The position numbers were made by a program, and so were the translations under genes. Of a stretch of DNA of 64,000 nucleotides, positions 24,430 through 36,190 are shown piece by piece. Origin of the DNA: Lama guanicoe (taxonomy: Eukaryota); NCBI GenBank assembly GCA_013239625.1, contig MU057340.1, forward strand, positions 7,210,931-7,274,930. The letters run 5' to 3'. Numbering within the stretch: position 1 is the first letter of the stretch; the number at the start of each line of letters is the position of its first letter. A model generated the notes under the pieces. The model did not search any database. It had not been told where the DNA came from and saw only the letters and a list, made by a program, of their open reading frames with translations.

Positions 24430-24650
24430 AATTTTATGGCTAACCTACGCGGGTATCTTTGTGCCAGGAGCTACATTATATACTTCACAAGGATTATCTC
24501 ATTTAATCCTCACAGAGATTCTAAGAGGAAGGTACTTAAATAAACCCTCTTTCACAGATGAGGATATTGAGTCTTAAAGAGATTAAGCAAATTGCCCAAG
24601 ATTACCCAGCTCAGAAATGGTAAAGCCAGAACCCCAAGTCCAGCAGTCAG
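24430..24650 (-). mobile_element. MIR SINE
   Basis: 'attatctcatttaatcctcacag...tcacagatgaggatattgag...aagcaaattgcccaagattacccagct'. Confidence 0.85.
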
Positions 24651-25299
24651 ACCGCAGAGAACACTCTCACACCCAGGCTTTAGGAAAAGCTACCCTCCCC
24701 TGGTAGACAGATCTCTTGGAAGGAAGGATCAGTTTCATTAGCAGCCCAAGAACCTTCTGAGATCACAGCCCGGTCCCCCTGCTCCCAGATTCTCAACCAG
24801 CACCTTGGCTGGACTGGGTGTTCCTGGCCCTTAAGGTCCACTGAAAGAAAAGGATGCTCAGGACACCAAAAGGTGGGAGGCATCTGATGGCTCAGGCACA
24901 ACAGGGTCCCTGAAGCTCACAGGCTGTATTTGGGGTGGCAGGGGACAGTGCCATCAACATGACCCTCACCGTCAACCAAGCCAACCTGACACAACAGCTG
25001 AGCTTGAAAACACTAAGTGAGCGTGCGGGGCACGTGGACGAGAGCTTGAACCTCACCAGCCACACCTCGGCAGCTCCAATGACCTTATTCCCGAAAATTT
25101 GGAAGGCAGACAAATTCCACCCTGTGGATTCTCAGGTGAGGCAGGGATGGGGATGTCGCTGGAAGGTCTCAAGATGGACATCCTGAACTTCCTGCTAATA
25201 TTGGCTAGAAATGCTTAAATCATGCTCTGGGGGTAATTAGAACAATATAACCACATTTGTACCCTGAATAAGTAAAGCAAGCCATACAGATTCTATTTG

Positions 25300-25890
25300 T
25301 TATCAAAAAAAAATACATGTTGAAATAACAGTAGAATGTCATTCTTTTTCCTAAAATAGGCAGTAAAATATGATACTCCATGATGATGAAGGAAGTTTGA
25401 TGCGACAGGGACTCTGACACATGGCTGAAGGAACTGTAAGTGGATACAGGTTCTCTGGAAAGCGTTTAGCACTATGTATCCCAACCTCTGTGAGGCCAAA
25501 AAAGATTTATGGGGAAAGATGTTCACTGCAGTATTGTCCACAACAGTGAAAAATTACACAGGACAACAAGGGGAAGGTTAAACAAATTAGAAAGACCCAT
25601 ACAGTGGAATATTATTGGCCATTCAAGTTATGAAAAAGCATGTTTATCAGTATAAGGAAATGCTCGTAACATAATGCTAAGTGAAATAAAACAAGACATA
25701 AAACTCGACATGCAGTAGGATTTCAACCATAGCAGACGCACCAGGTCAAACCAAAATGGAAGGCAACATTACATAAATACCCAGGACCTCTTAGCAGTGG
25801 GATTTCAGAATAGTGTTTTATTTTACTTGTTTCCAGATTTTCCAAATTGTCTAAAATTGACATGGTCCCTTTATAATGGGAGGAAAACCA
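25300..25890 (+). mobile_element. Old L1ME-type fragment
   Basis: 'gatgttcactgcagtattg...catacagtggaatattat...ataatgctaagtgaaa'. Confidence 0.7.
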
Positions 25891-25989
25891 AAGAAAAATA
25901 GCTGAGTCCTGTCTGTAACCTCTGGGAGGTTACTAATGATGACAGTAAACACAGGGCAATAGAACAGGGGCTAAAGCAGATAAATGAGG

Positions 25990-26660
25990 GGTCGGGGTGG
26001 GGGCACCGCGTGTATATCCGTCCACACGTGTGCCTTTCTGGCCGTTACAAAGCCGCTGGCAGGACGAAAGGATGGTTTATGTTTATTATTTGTCACTGTC
26101 GCTGTCTGAGACGTAACACCCAAAGGGGAAAGCCAGATGGCATCTCGTCTAAGGAAGGACAGAGAAAAGGAAGGGTCTGCATAATGCAGAAGCCAGACAA
26201 CAGCTGGATGGGGCGTCGCGGGGCGCGCCTGGAGATCAGCACGCGGGGTTGCCGGGCCTTTGTGTCTCCGCTCTCTTCTTCCACCGCAAATCTCCTCCGG
26301 CAAAAGCCTGGACAGCCCTTACAGGACAACCAAGCGGCCCAGCCCCTCCCTACACACACCCCAGCTGTCGCTGGGGATGCTCAGAGCTCTGAGCCTGGGG
26401 CCGCCTGGCAGCAGGTTCAAAGCTGCAGGCAGGGTCTGACTCTGCAAGTCAGGACCCCAGACACAAACCCGGGATCCAGGGGTCAGGAGGGAACAGGCAG
26501 CAGGCTGGCTTTGTCGGACTTCGCAGTCGTTTCGATGGGTCAGAACAGCCAATCTCTCATCAAAGATCAAATCCCCTGCCATCTTTGTATGCAGGAGGGG
26601 GAGAGGGGAGAGAGAGAAGGAGGGAGGGAGAGAGAGAGAAATTTAAAACGTTACCTGTGT
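25990..26660. promoter_or_regulatory. CpG-rich patch (borderline orphan CpG island) with adjacent GA tract
   Basis: About 30 CpG by manual count in about 550 bp (e.g. gggcgtcgcggggcgcgcc); TCF/LEF-like atcaaag at about 26559; YY1-like gccatctt at 26578-26585. Confidence 0.55.
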
Positions 26661-29068
26661 TAATAGAAACAGGAGTACTTCTGGAGAATAAAATTCATGT
26701 TCAGAGAAGCACGGCCACCCCTTTCTAAGGTCTTTCAAATACAAATACAGCCCCAGCAGTGATGACACAACTGGAAGAGGGTTATCAGCAAAGCCTTCCA
26801 GAATCTTATGACGCGAACCAAGACGACTCCAACTAGGAAGCCAGACGAAAGCAGGTTGTGTTGATTCATCTAATGTGCAAAGCACTCTCCGTACATCAGT
26901 GTAGGAGGAATAGTCCTAAATGGGTTAAAGGGTTACTCACTCTTCCCTGAATTTTAAAAGGGAATTTCATAGCTATGAAACAATTTGAAAGAGGGAAAAT
27001 GGACACCTTTGACCTGGGCCATATGCCCCTTTTGTTGTAATTGTATAAAATTTACATTGTTTTCTCATTGTCTCCTTTAACAGTTACCCCATTATCATTT
27101 CATCATTATTGTTTTATCTTTTCAGCAGCATCCATTCTTTGATAATTCTCATTAATGTCATTGTATCCTCATCCTGAAATAAATCTCTTTATTAGTTTTT
27201 TTTTCATGCTATTTGCCTGGTCCTGTATTTGTGTTTTATGTGTATTATATTACATTTAAACTGTCAGTAGGTAATAACCATATTATCCTGTGGAAGAAAC
27301 TGGAGCTTAAGTAACTTAAATGACCTGCCCAAAATTGCACAGTCGTCAGGCAGTAAGTAGAGTGGGGGCTGGTTTGGGGGCTGTCATCTTCAAAGCCTTT
27401 TTCAAAGCCCTTCATTTACTCATGATCCAGCACTTCCTCCCACTCGGCTCTACTGATGAGACGAAAACCATGCTGAGATCCTCTGAAGATGCATCCTGAA
27501 GGACACTTAACCCAGTGTGACGGCCTCAGATAATAATGCTGCCCACTGACTCCAGCCATGAAAATCTCCCAGAACCTACATTGTCCATAATTACTGACTT
27601 TATCACCACGCTATTTGCTGCTCTTACAGGGGAGTGATAGATAAGGGGAAACATTTTAGAGAAGGATAAAAACACACTATTTTAAAAAAGGCTAGAAGTG
27701 CAGTTGATAAAAATGTAATTACCTGTTTCTTCACGGAACACGTTGGTAAGGTATAATCTCTAGTTTTGCTCTTTCTGTTCCTGTGGGCAATAAAAGGCAT
27801 TTAGGAAAATTGTTGGTCAACGTTTCTCTGAGCTCTAACTATCAAGCAGTTTTGCGTTACAATTAATAGATTTTTTTTAAGACGCTGTTTTAAATGTTTT
27901 AAGACATTGTAGTGAAGGTTCATGGACCTTTGGCTCCAGGATCCTATCCCATTTTAGGAGATTATATTCTATGATCAGAAGAATGGTGTGTTACTCACAG
28001 TGTCATACTCCGCGATGGAATTCAAGAACAGACCTCTCTCTAGTGCATATTTCAGGTAGCTGTTCTGTTTTGAGTGTTTTGATGTTAATGTAATCAACAG
28101 CATCATTTGTGATGCTTGTGAACACGTATCTTTCAAAGAGGAAGTGCAGCAAAACAAAAATGAAAAATAAAAAGCACACACGTTCCTCTGTTCTGTCCTT
28201 TCAAACCTGCTCTGTAGGACAAATTCCTCCTTATAATCAAAAATGTATATGTTTTCTGTCATCCTTGTGTATAAAAAAAATCCTCTACTTTTAGACTCTC
28301 AATCTTTTTTTCATAGCAAAACTATTCAGTCCCAAGCAAGAGTTAAAACTCTCAAATGCATTTAATAGCAAAGCTGCTCCTTCATCCAGGAGGGGGCCAA
28401 AGCCACATTCTTCATTTCCCCACCTGGAGCATCGGCCTCTCTTTTCAACTCAAGAGGATGCCTCTGCTTCCTCTAGGTGCAGGACAGAGGAGAATTCAAG
28501 GGCAGGAAAGGATGACTTCCAGCTGTAGCAGAGGGTTAACCTTGACTCTTCCTCTTGGGGCCCTTTTGGTATTTCAGAACCCAGAGGTTGGCATCTTCTT
28601 CTCCTGGGACTGGTTGCTTTTGGGGTCCCTCCTCAGCCCTGCCCCTGCAGCCCCCTAGACACAGGCTGCCTATTAGGTCCTAATGCTTCTGCAAGTGGTG
28701 GACCTGAGCCAAGTCCTTATAAGGGAGCTCTAGGTCAGCTTTCTTCCACTTGGCTTGTCCTTTGTCTCCTCCATCTTTGTCCCAAACTTTGAAAGTGTAG
28801 CTGATTCTCAAAGCAGCCCATTCTCCAGCTGAGCCACAGGATCTCACCTTCAGACTTCCTGCTCTGCATCCTGCAGTCTCTGTGTCTCCTGGTCCCCAGA
28901 TGAATAGGTCCAGCTCTCTGCATGGTCCCTCTGAAGACCCTCTCACTAGGCAGAAGCGGAAGGGAAGTACCCACCTGCCTTTCCCAATCAGAGCAATGGA
29001 AAGAACGTACTCCAACATCTTGCAAACTTCCTCAAAGAAATCCTCTCCTGACTTTCCCGCTTCTCTTT

Positions 29069-29215
29069 TGTTTTTAATTGATTATGTATATATTTTTTAT
29101 TTGGGGGAGGTAATTAGGTTTTTATTTGCTTGTCTTTAATGGAGGTACTGGGGATCGAACCCAGGACCTCGTGCATGTTAGGCACACACTCTACCACTGA
29201 GCTATCCCCTCCCCC
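29069..29215 (-). mobile_element. tRNA-derived camelid SINE (Vic-1/ALPINE type) with TSD
   Basis: Minus strand gggggaggggaTAGCTCAGTGGtagagtgtgtgcctaacatgcacgaggtcctgGGTTCGATCCccagtacctcc plus A-rich tail; TSD ctttcc(c/a)gcttctc at 29052-29065 and 29215-29228. Confidence 0.9.
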
Positions 29216-29239
29216 TTTCCAGCTTCTCCTTTATGTAGA

Positions 29240-29600
29240 CAGATTAGGCAGCAATCACAAATTAACCCCCCAATTGTCAGCAGCTTAGCAAAACTTTACT
29301 CCGCTCTCAGGCAAAGCCTGCTGAGAATCTGGATATGTGGCGAGGGCTGCTCTCCCTCAGGTGATCCAACATTCCAGGCACTTTCAGGTTTGTGGCTTAG
29401 CCTTGACCACCGAGACTAGGGAAGAGAGTGCCTGCAGAAGCCACACCCAGTCTTCTACGCTTTGGCCTAGAAGGGACAGGTGTCCCGTCCCTCCACAGCC
29501 TATTGACCAGAACAGTCCTGGGGCCCCGCCTGCCCGCAAGGAGGCCAGGGATGAAGGAAAGCTCAGAAGCAACTGGTGAGCATTCCTATCTCAGCCACAT
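29240..29600 (-). mobile_element. Old MaLR LTR (MLT1J/L-like)
   Basis: 'attaggcagcaatcacaaattaacccccaattgtcagcagcttagcaaaactttact...cctattgaccagaacagtc'. Confidence 0.6.
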
Positions 29601-29804
29601 CCCCCAGCACGCCTAAGGGGCGTATGGACTTTAATTTCCTTTAAAGTCCTTCAACAATAGAGCATCTCACTTTGTTACACGAGGGTTGTTGTCGCCTAAT
29701 GTCTTGGATATCAGCCAAAACAGAGACAAAAAGAGTCCCATTAAAACATCCTATTACACGTAGGTTAACATTTTAAAAGCTTACTGGTACCATGAAGAGA
29801 ACTG

Positions 29805-29995
29805 ACTCGCATTGAGCTTCTACCAGATCGTGTTGTTTATATGTGTGACCTTATTTGACCCTCACATGAATGCTAAGATATAGGTGGTAATGCTCCAATT
29901 TATTACATAATGGGACCCGAGTCACAGAGACTAAATACATTGGCCAAGGTCAGTTCACTAGGGAAGGAGTCAGGTTTTTAGAATCCAGGCGTGTG
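29805..29995 (-). mobile_element. MIR SINE
   Basis: 'cattgagcttctacc...ttatttgaccctcac...cacagagactaaatacattggccaaggtca'. Confidence 0.65.
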
Positions 29996-31714
29996 TTTCA
30001 CAATAGCTTTCTCTTCCACATGGCTCACATTTTGTCCATCTCAGACAAATCCACCCTCTCAGCACTAGACATATTTAGAAAGCTAGAATAATGCATATGG
30101 GGTTAATATCAGGATTACTGTCAGAATCAATGATTTTAGCTGGATTTTAGAAATGTAGAAATATCACTAGGCTCAGAACAAAAGGTCTTTCTGTCATTTC
30201 TTCCATGGGATCATGCCTGAGTGATGCCTTGGCACATGGAAAAACCTAAAGGGCACATGGAAAAACGAAAAGCTGTGAAGAATACAGCTCATGCACAGGT
30301 ATGGATGAACAATTTGTACATTTTTCAAGTATTCACTGAATACTACCTTATATACACATATACATTAAATTTGAAAAAGATTTAATTGACGATTCCCAGA
30401 TGTACTTCATTGTTGTTGATCTTTTGGAAGAGGTCGTCTAAGGAGAAGAATGTGTGGTTCTGGCTCATGAATCATATAAGGAACCCAGCCTAGACTCTGT
30501 TGCAGTGGATGGAAAAGCTTGCTGACTCACTCATGCTTGACCTCTTCTTACTTGCCTACCGTTCTCACCTCCATCTTGATCTCTGTGAGTCTATTAGTCA
30601 GACATCCTCTTCCTGTTTACCTAGAATAATGTAAACTTTGAGACATTCCATCCACCAATGACTCATGCAACTTGTAAAATATTCACACTGTACATCAAAT
30701 AAATATGTCACACCGTGATTTCAACCTCCTTCATTCTTGGGGAAATTGGTGTTAATGACTTATCTGCCAGCACATAAGAGTCCCAAGTGGGAGGGAATCT
30801 AATGAATTGGACTGAAAGTGCAGTGTGTGGTTTTGACTGTGTTTTGAAAGTGGTTTTCACAGTTCATCCTCAAGAACATGTAGCATATAGCAATTCAGAG
30901 AGTGAGGAAACAGACTTAACAAGCATGTCAGCCTTGACTGCCTGCACCCTATGGGATTAAAAGAAGAAAAAAAAAAGCCTTTTCAAAGGATTCTCCAATC
31001 CTAGGCAATAATCATCACCCATGGCTCCAGAGATGCTGGAGTGCTTAAGGAATTAGCAGTGGAGAGGGTAGAAAAGACAAAGCCAAACAAAAAGAAGTAC
31101 CACATAATAAGAGTTGAAGTTTCAAGCAATGCTGAATGGCTCCTCCAAAATCTGGCTGAAGAATCTCCGTGCAGGTGAACCATTGTGTTTTCCTCCTCTC
31201 CTGAGGAAATCCAATTCAGTGCCACAAATGTTTGCTGAGCTCTCCTGTGCAATGGCCTAGCATTATTTTCGGAGGGAATACAGACATGAGTAAAACACTA
31301 AACTCGTCTGTGTGTATGCTGGGAGGGGAGGAGCATATACAAACAAGGCAAGGTCCCAAGGCTAAAAGGCGATAAAAGACCAACGCACTTGACTAGAGTT
31401 ACAGGTTACAGACTATTGAAGATTCCCACCTGATTCAGTACCTGCTCACACACGTGCACATTTGCGCTAGACCCATCTGACTGGCACCATCCACCAGCCA
31501 CTCCTCCCTTCCCAGGCAGAAGCTGCCTGTAGGTGCAAAAGAGATTACTTTGCAAACCAACAGCAAGTTAGGTGCTAAATATCTGATTTTCCACCTACCA
31601 GGCATTTCCATAAAACACTTCCCTACTCTATATTTATAAGTTCTTTATTGAACTAGAACCTCATTTCTACCTCAATCTGCATGATTTTCTCATTAGATTT
31701 CTGGTCTTAGACAG

Positions 31715-31860
31715 TCGTTTCATTTAACAAACTTATTCTGAACAGAAGCCATCAGCCAGGATTTGTGCTCAGTACTAGAGACAAAAATGAATATGATACA
31801 ATCTGCATTCTTCAAGGCTTTATGCTTTATTAAGGGAGATAGAATATGCAAATAAAGCAA
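31715..31860 (-). mobile_element. L2 3' end
   Basis: 'ttcatttaacaaacttattctgaac...gccaggatttgtgctcagtactagagacaaaaatgaata'. Confidence 0.65.
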
Positions 31861-32099
31861 AGAAAACATGTTGTAGAGGGTTGCTTCTTAACCCTTTAGA
31901 ACTATCAATCAACTTAGGATTTTGACCTCTAGAAGAAAACAAAGATCAGAGGCACGGGTGGCGGGTAAGACAGGTGGACCGAAGGCAGGTAGGGAGGGCA
32001 GCGTGCTTAGGAGGCATGGCAAACGTTGCTCACGGTCAGTCCAGCAGATGGTCCTCTCCATCTTCCTTCTTATGGGCAGAGACACTTTGATCACAGAGA

Positions 32100-32563
32100 A
32101 GGAAGCAAGCACCCCGCCCCCACCTTCCAGGGTATGAATCATGATCATTCTAAGTCAATGGAGAATCCATTTCTCTTTGCCAGGGATTGGTCTTGGGGTG
32201 GGCACAGTTCTGGCCAATGATTCATAAGGGAAAGTCCATGGGAGGCTTTCATTGTAGGATAAAAGGGCAGACTCTCTGAGAAGGAAGCTCTTTGGCATCA
32301 TTCTTCTTGGGGCAAGGCCTTGAGCATATGGTGCCCTGGAGTTGGAGCACCCGTCTTGCACCATAAGGTATAAACTGAAGAAGAGCCAACACAAGATGGC
32401 AGAGCACAAACATATAAAGAGTCTGCTGAAATTGTTGAACCATCAAAAAACCCTGGAACTGTCTACTTATAAATTGCTTTGTAAGCTAACAACAAGCATC
32501 TTCATAAATCAGGCCAATGTTCATTTCATGTCTGTGGCCTGCAGCCAACAGCATCCTGAGTCA
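32100..32563 (+). mobile_element. Old MaLR LTR (MLT1K/L-like)
   Basis: 'ccagggattggtcttggggtgggcacagttctggccaatga...catcttgcaccataagg-like...ctgtggcctgcagccaacagcatcctga'. Confidence 0.7.
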
Positions 32564-32574
32564 GGTGGGGTAGA

Positions 32575-32740
32575 AAAAGTCTTAAGTACCTCTCATAATA
32601 ATTCTGTAAGGTGAGAAGTGTTATTATTCTCATTTTACAGATGCATAAACTGACTCATTTAAGTAAACTTTAAATCATCGTCTCAAAGATTATAAATAAA
32701 TGCCCAAATGGAGATTTGATCATGAACCTAATTCCAAAGC
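32575..32740 (-). mobile_element. MIR SINE
   Basis: 'ctcataataattctgtaaggt...attattctcattttacagatgcataaactga'. Confidence 0.7.
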
Positions 32741-32860
32741 ATGATCTCTTACCACTATCAAATCTTATGATCACACACAACAAAAGGCAGAGTTCATGAC
32801 CACAAAATTATTTGCAGAATGACCAGGAGTCAAGAAAATGGGTACAAGAGACTGTTGACA

Positions 32861-33289
32861 ACTCAGCCATAAAAAAGAATAAAATAATGCCATTTGCAGC
32901 AACATGGGTGGCCCTGGAGATCAGCATTCTAAATAAAGTAAGTCAAAAAGAGAAAGAAAAATACCATGTGATATCGCTTATATGAGGAATCTAAAAAAAA
33001 GACACAAACCAACCTATTTACAAAACAGAAACAGACTCACAGACATGGAGAACAGACTTATGGTTGCCAGGGTTGAGGGAAGTGGGTGGGAAGGGTTAAG
33101 TTGGGAATTCAAGACTAGCACCTCTTGGGGAGTGATGGAAATGTTAGCATCCTGAATGTGGTGGTGATTTCATGGGTGTACACATCTATCAAAATCCATC
33201 AAATGGTACATCTGAAATACGTGTAGTTTACTGTACAGAAATTATACAACAAAAAAGTTGTTAAAAATTGAAATAAAAATGAATTTTTA
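32861..33289 (+). mobile_element. Chimeric L1: young L1 segment (32861-33120) fused to an old L1MB/MC/MD-type 3' end (33121-33289)
   Basis: Young part 'actcagccataaaaaagaataaaataatgccatttgcagcaacatgg...acagactcacagacatggagaac'; old part 'ggggagtgatggaaatgtt...tgtggtggtg...aaattatac'; flanking repeats match at 13/16 (32846-32861, 33290-33305). Confidence 0.8.
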
Positions 33290-34279
33290 AAAAGACTGCT
33301 GAGAAGCCATTTGAACTTATTACCCCTTAAATTCACCAGAAATTTACTGAGGGTGTGCTCTGGATTAGGCACTGGATTACAGACAAGTCCCAACCAGGCG
33401 CCTGGTCATGGTTTCAGGAAAACAGCCAAACTCATGTTCTAGAGCAGCCTTACCCTGAATCAATATATTGTCAGTCATCGGCTGGAATTGGCAGGATTCG
33501 ATCACGCACTAGAAGCAGACTATCTGGAGAACAGAAAACTGTGATTCTTCATGAGTGCGTAAGGGCGAATATGGTATAAAAAGGTCAGTTCATCATTCAG
33601 ATGGTGGCCGCAATCCCCATGCTTGAGGCCATGTGGGCCAAACAGTGAAATGAGTGGTGACAGCCTTGGCCATCTCTTATTTGGCATCTGTCGTGCTTTT
33701 CCTCCTTTTATCACCTCCCCTCCTTCAGCTCAGAGGAGACAGAGCTCCCATAAACCCACCCTCCTGCTCCCTAACTCCAGCCCTACGTCACCCTTCTCGG
33801 TACTGCTGGAGGTGCGTTCAGAGCTCCCAGAATTCTTTTGTGCCGCTGTTGACCCTGCTTACAAATTTCTTGCAGTCAGGGTACCAGGGAATCAGGCGCT
33901 GCCCTGACTGCAGGCTTGCAGGCTGGCTGAGTATCCAGGGATTTCGCTCTTTAATCTCATCAGCAGGGAAGGCAGATTTTCCCGTATGAAAGAGCAAGAC
34001 CGTTGTACAGAGCGCCAGGTGTAGTCTATGAGAAATGCTAAAAATAAGTAGCTAATATTTATTAAGTTGGCCTTATTATAACTCCACTTTTTTTCCTAAG
34101 ACATCAATCCCCAGGAAAAAGAAATCTGTTTTTTGTCATATTCTGAGAAGTAAAGCTTGCCTCTAATAAATTTCTCTCTCCTTTTGTCTCACTAAGTCCG
34201 CCCACTCCTTCTCTATTTTAGGCCAAACAGAAGTATTGATAAATGATCAGTTTCAGAGTCAAGAAAAGCCTCTAGCAGA

Positions 34280-34520
34280 ACTCTATGAGACTCAGGCTTC
34301 AGGCCTGGCCTAATCAACATTTTTATCATCGATTTGAATATTAGTAACAAAGCATGTTCACCAAAGTCCCAACTGAAGCAAAACATCTTAAGAAGATGCG
34401 TTGTTGCTGATGCCTGAGTTCAAAACCGTAAGACAGTCAAATGCCTAATCCTGTACTTAGGTTCAAACATCAGTTTCCCAAAGGTTAAATGAGAATCTGG
34501 ATTAAAGTTGAATATGTATT
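34280..34520 (+). mobile_element. CR1/L3 reverse-transcriptase-region fragment
   Basis: 'caggcctggcctaatcaacatttttatcatcgatttg...gcatgttcaccaaa...tcctgtacttaggttcaaa'. Confidence 0.65.
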
Positions 34521-34558
34521 TAAAGGTTCAGTTTTTTGTTTTGTTTTGTGTTCCACTG

Positions 34559-34560
<2 letters not shown>

Positions 34561-34613
<53 letters not shown>

Positions 34614-34653
34614 NNNNNNNNNNNNNNNNNNNNNNNNNNTTTTTTTTTTTTTT
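34561..34653. repeat. Long poly(T) with a 26-N gap (34614-34639)
   Basis: 53 T, 26 N, 14 T. Confidence 0.95.
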
Positions 34654-34732
34654 GCAGACTGTCAGAGAAAGAAGGAAACTTCAGGTATCAATTCCTTACT
34701 GAACATCCATGAGGTTCTACTCACTGTACCGT

Positions 34733-35197
34733 TGTGGTAGGCAGAATTGTGGCCCTTACAGATGCCCACATCTGAATCCCCAGAGCTTATAAATATATTA
34801 TGACATTAAAAGGCAAAAGAGAATTAAGATTGCAGATGGAATTAAGTTTACTACTCAGCTTAAGATAAAGAGATTGTCCCAGATTAATGCACACAAATCT
34901 TTTAAATGTGGATGAAGAAGGCAGAGAGGGATTTGAAAATGTTATGCTGCTGGCATTGAAGATGGAGGACGTTGCCACCAGCCCAGGGACGCAAGCAGCC
35001 CCAGGGAAAGAGAAGAGATAAGAAAGTACATCCTCCCCACAGAAGGAACACAGCCCTACCGTACCTTGATCTCAGCCCAGGAAGACCTGTTTTGGACTTC
35101 TGAATGCATAACTATGAGATTAAAAAAAAAAATCTTTTGTTGTTTTGAGCCACTGATTATGTGGTAATTCACTGTGGCAGCAAGACAAGCTAATACA
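34733..35197 (+). mobile_element. MaLR LTR, MLT1D-like
   Basis: 'tgtggtaggcagaattgtggccc...ggcaaaagagaattaagattgcagatggaattaag...gcagcaagacaagctaataca'. Confidence 0.9.
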
Positions 35198-35299
35198 TCT
35201 AGGTACGTTCATACATATTTACTTTCTCTTTTTTTATTTGTTAGTCTAACATTCATTATACGGTATTACAACTCATAATTAATATATGGTGATCAAATG

Positions 35300-36030
35300 G
35301 CCCACAAACGTATACAAAATTATTCAGTTGCAATAGACATCATGGAACTGCCAACAATTAAAAAATGTGATACCAGAGATAGACTGGGATTTCAAAATGT
35401 AGAATAGATAAACAAGAGTATACTGTATAGCACAGGGAAACATACAAGATCTTGTGGTAGCTCACAGAGAAAAAAATGTGACAGTGAGTATATATATGTT
35501 CATGTATAACTGAAAAATTGTGCTCTACACTGGAATTTGACGCAACATTGTAAAGTGATTATAAATCAATAAAAAATGTTTTAAAAAATGTGATACCAAT
35601 ATTCCTCCTCCAGAATAGCAAAATGAAAAAATCAGACAGAACCAGCTCTTGGTAAGGTCATGAAACAATGATGACTCCCCTACAGTGCTACTGGGGAGGG
35701 GAAGGTAAAAATTGCTCCAACCATTTGGAAAACTTTTTTGCCAATATCTACTAACGGTGAAGATATGCATACCTTATGACTAATTCCACTCCTAGAAATA
35801 TAATCATCAGAAATGCACACCGGGGTTCACTAAAGGACAAGTTTCAGTGTATCCATAGCTGTACTATTACTAACCAAAACCTGGAAACCACCCAAGAGCA
35901 GAATAAACAAATATATTATGGTACATGCATATGATGGAATATTCTGCAATGATGATTAACTATCACAGTACACAAAATACAGGTGCATTTTACAAACATG
36001 TTCAAAAGAAGATAGGCACAGAAAATTATA
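35300..36030 (+). mobile_element. Old L1M fragment (ORF2 end) hosting a young L1
   Basis: 'caaccatttggaaaac...atgcataccttatgactaattccactcctagaaatata...aaacctggaaaccacccaa'. Confidence 0.75.
35376..35582 (+). mobile_element. Very young L1 3' end with perfect 16-bp TSD
   Basis: TSD aaaaaatgtgatacca at 35360-35375 and 35583-35598, preceded by TT (TT/AAAA endonuclease site); body 'tactgtatagcacagggaaa...gtataactgaaaaattgtgctctacactgg'. Confidence 0.95.
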
Positions 36031-36079
36031 CACCAACACATTTACTTTCTTATTTGCTCTTTTAGCTCAAGCATTTGTC

Positions 36080-36190
36080 TCCATTTTACAGATCAGAAAA
36101 TGGAAGCACAGAGAGGTTAAATGACTTGCTTAAGGCCGTACAGCTATCCAGTGACAGACTGAAATTCAAACCCGGGCCGGCCTGACTGCA
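36080..36190 (-). mobile_element. MIR SINE
   Basis: 'ccattttacagatcagaaaatggaagcacagagaggttaaatgacttgcttaaggccgtacagct'. Confidence 0.85.

Noticed and set aside
24959-25135. ATG-initiated open frame ending at a good donor (CAG|gtgagg)
   Set aside because: Peptide unrecognised and no downstream partner exon found; compatible with chance.
26010-26663. 217-aa ORF
   Set aside because: Non-ATG start in a GC-rich patch, runs through a GA repeat, no recognisable domain.
27975-28262. Minus ORF ending near an ACT|gtgagt donor (YLKYALERGLFLNSIAEYDT)
   Set aside because: No credible pyrimidine-rich acceptor and no recognisable homology.
29140-29215. tRNA gene
   Set aside because: The tRNA-like head is followed by a SINE body, A-rich tail and TSD; it is a SINE.
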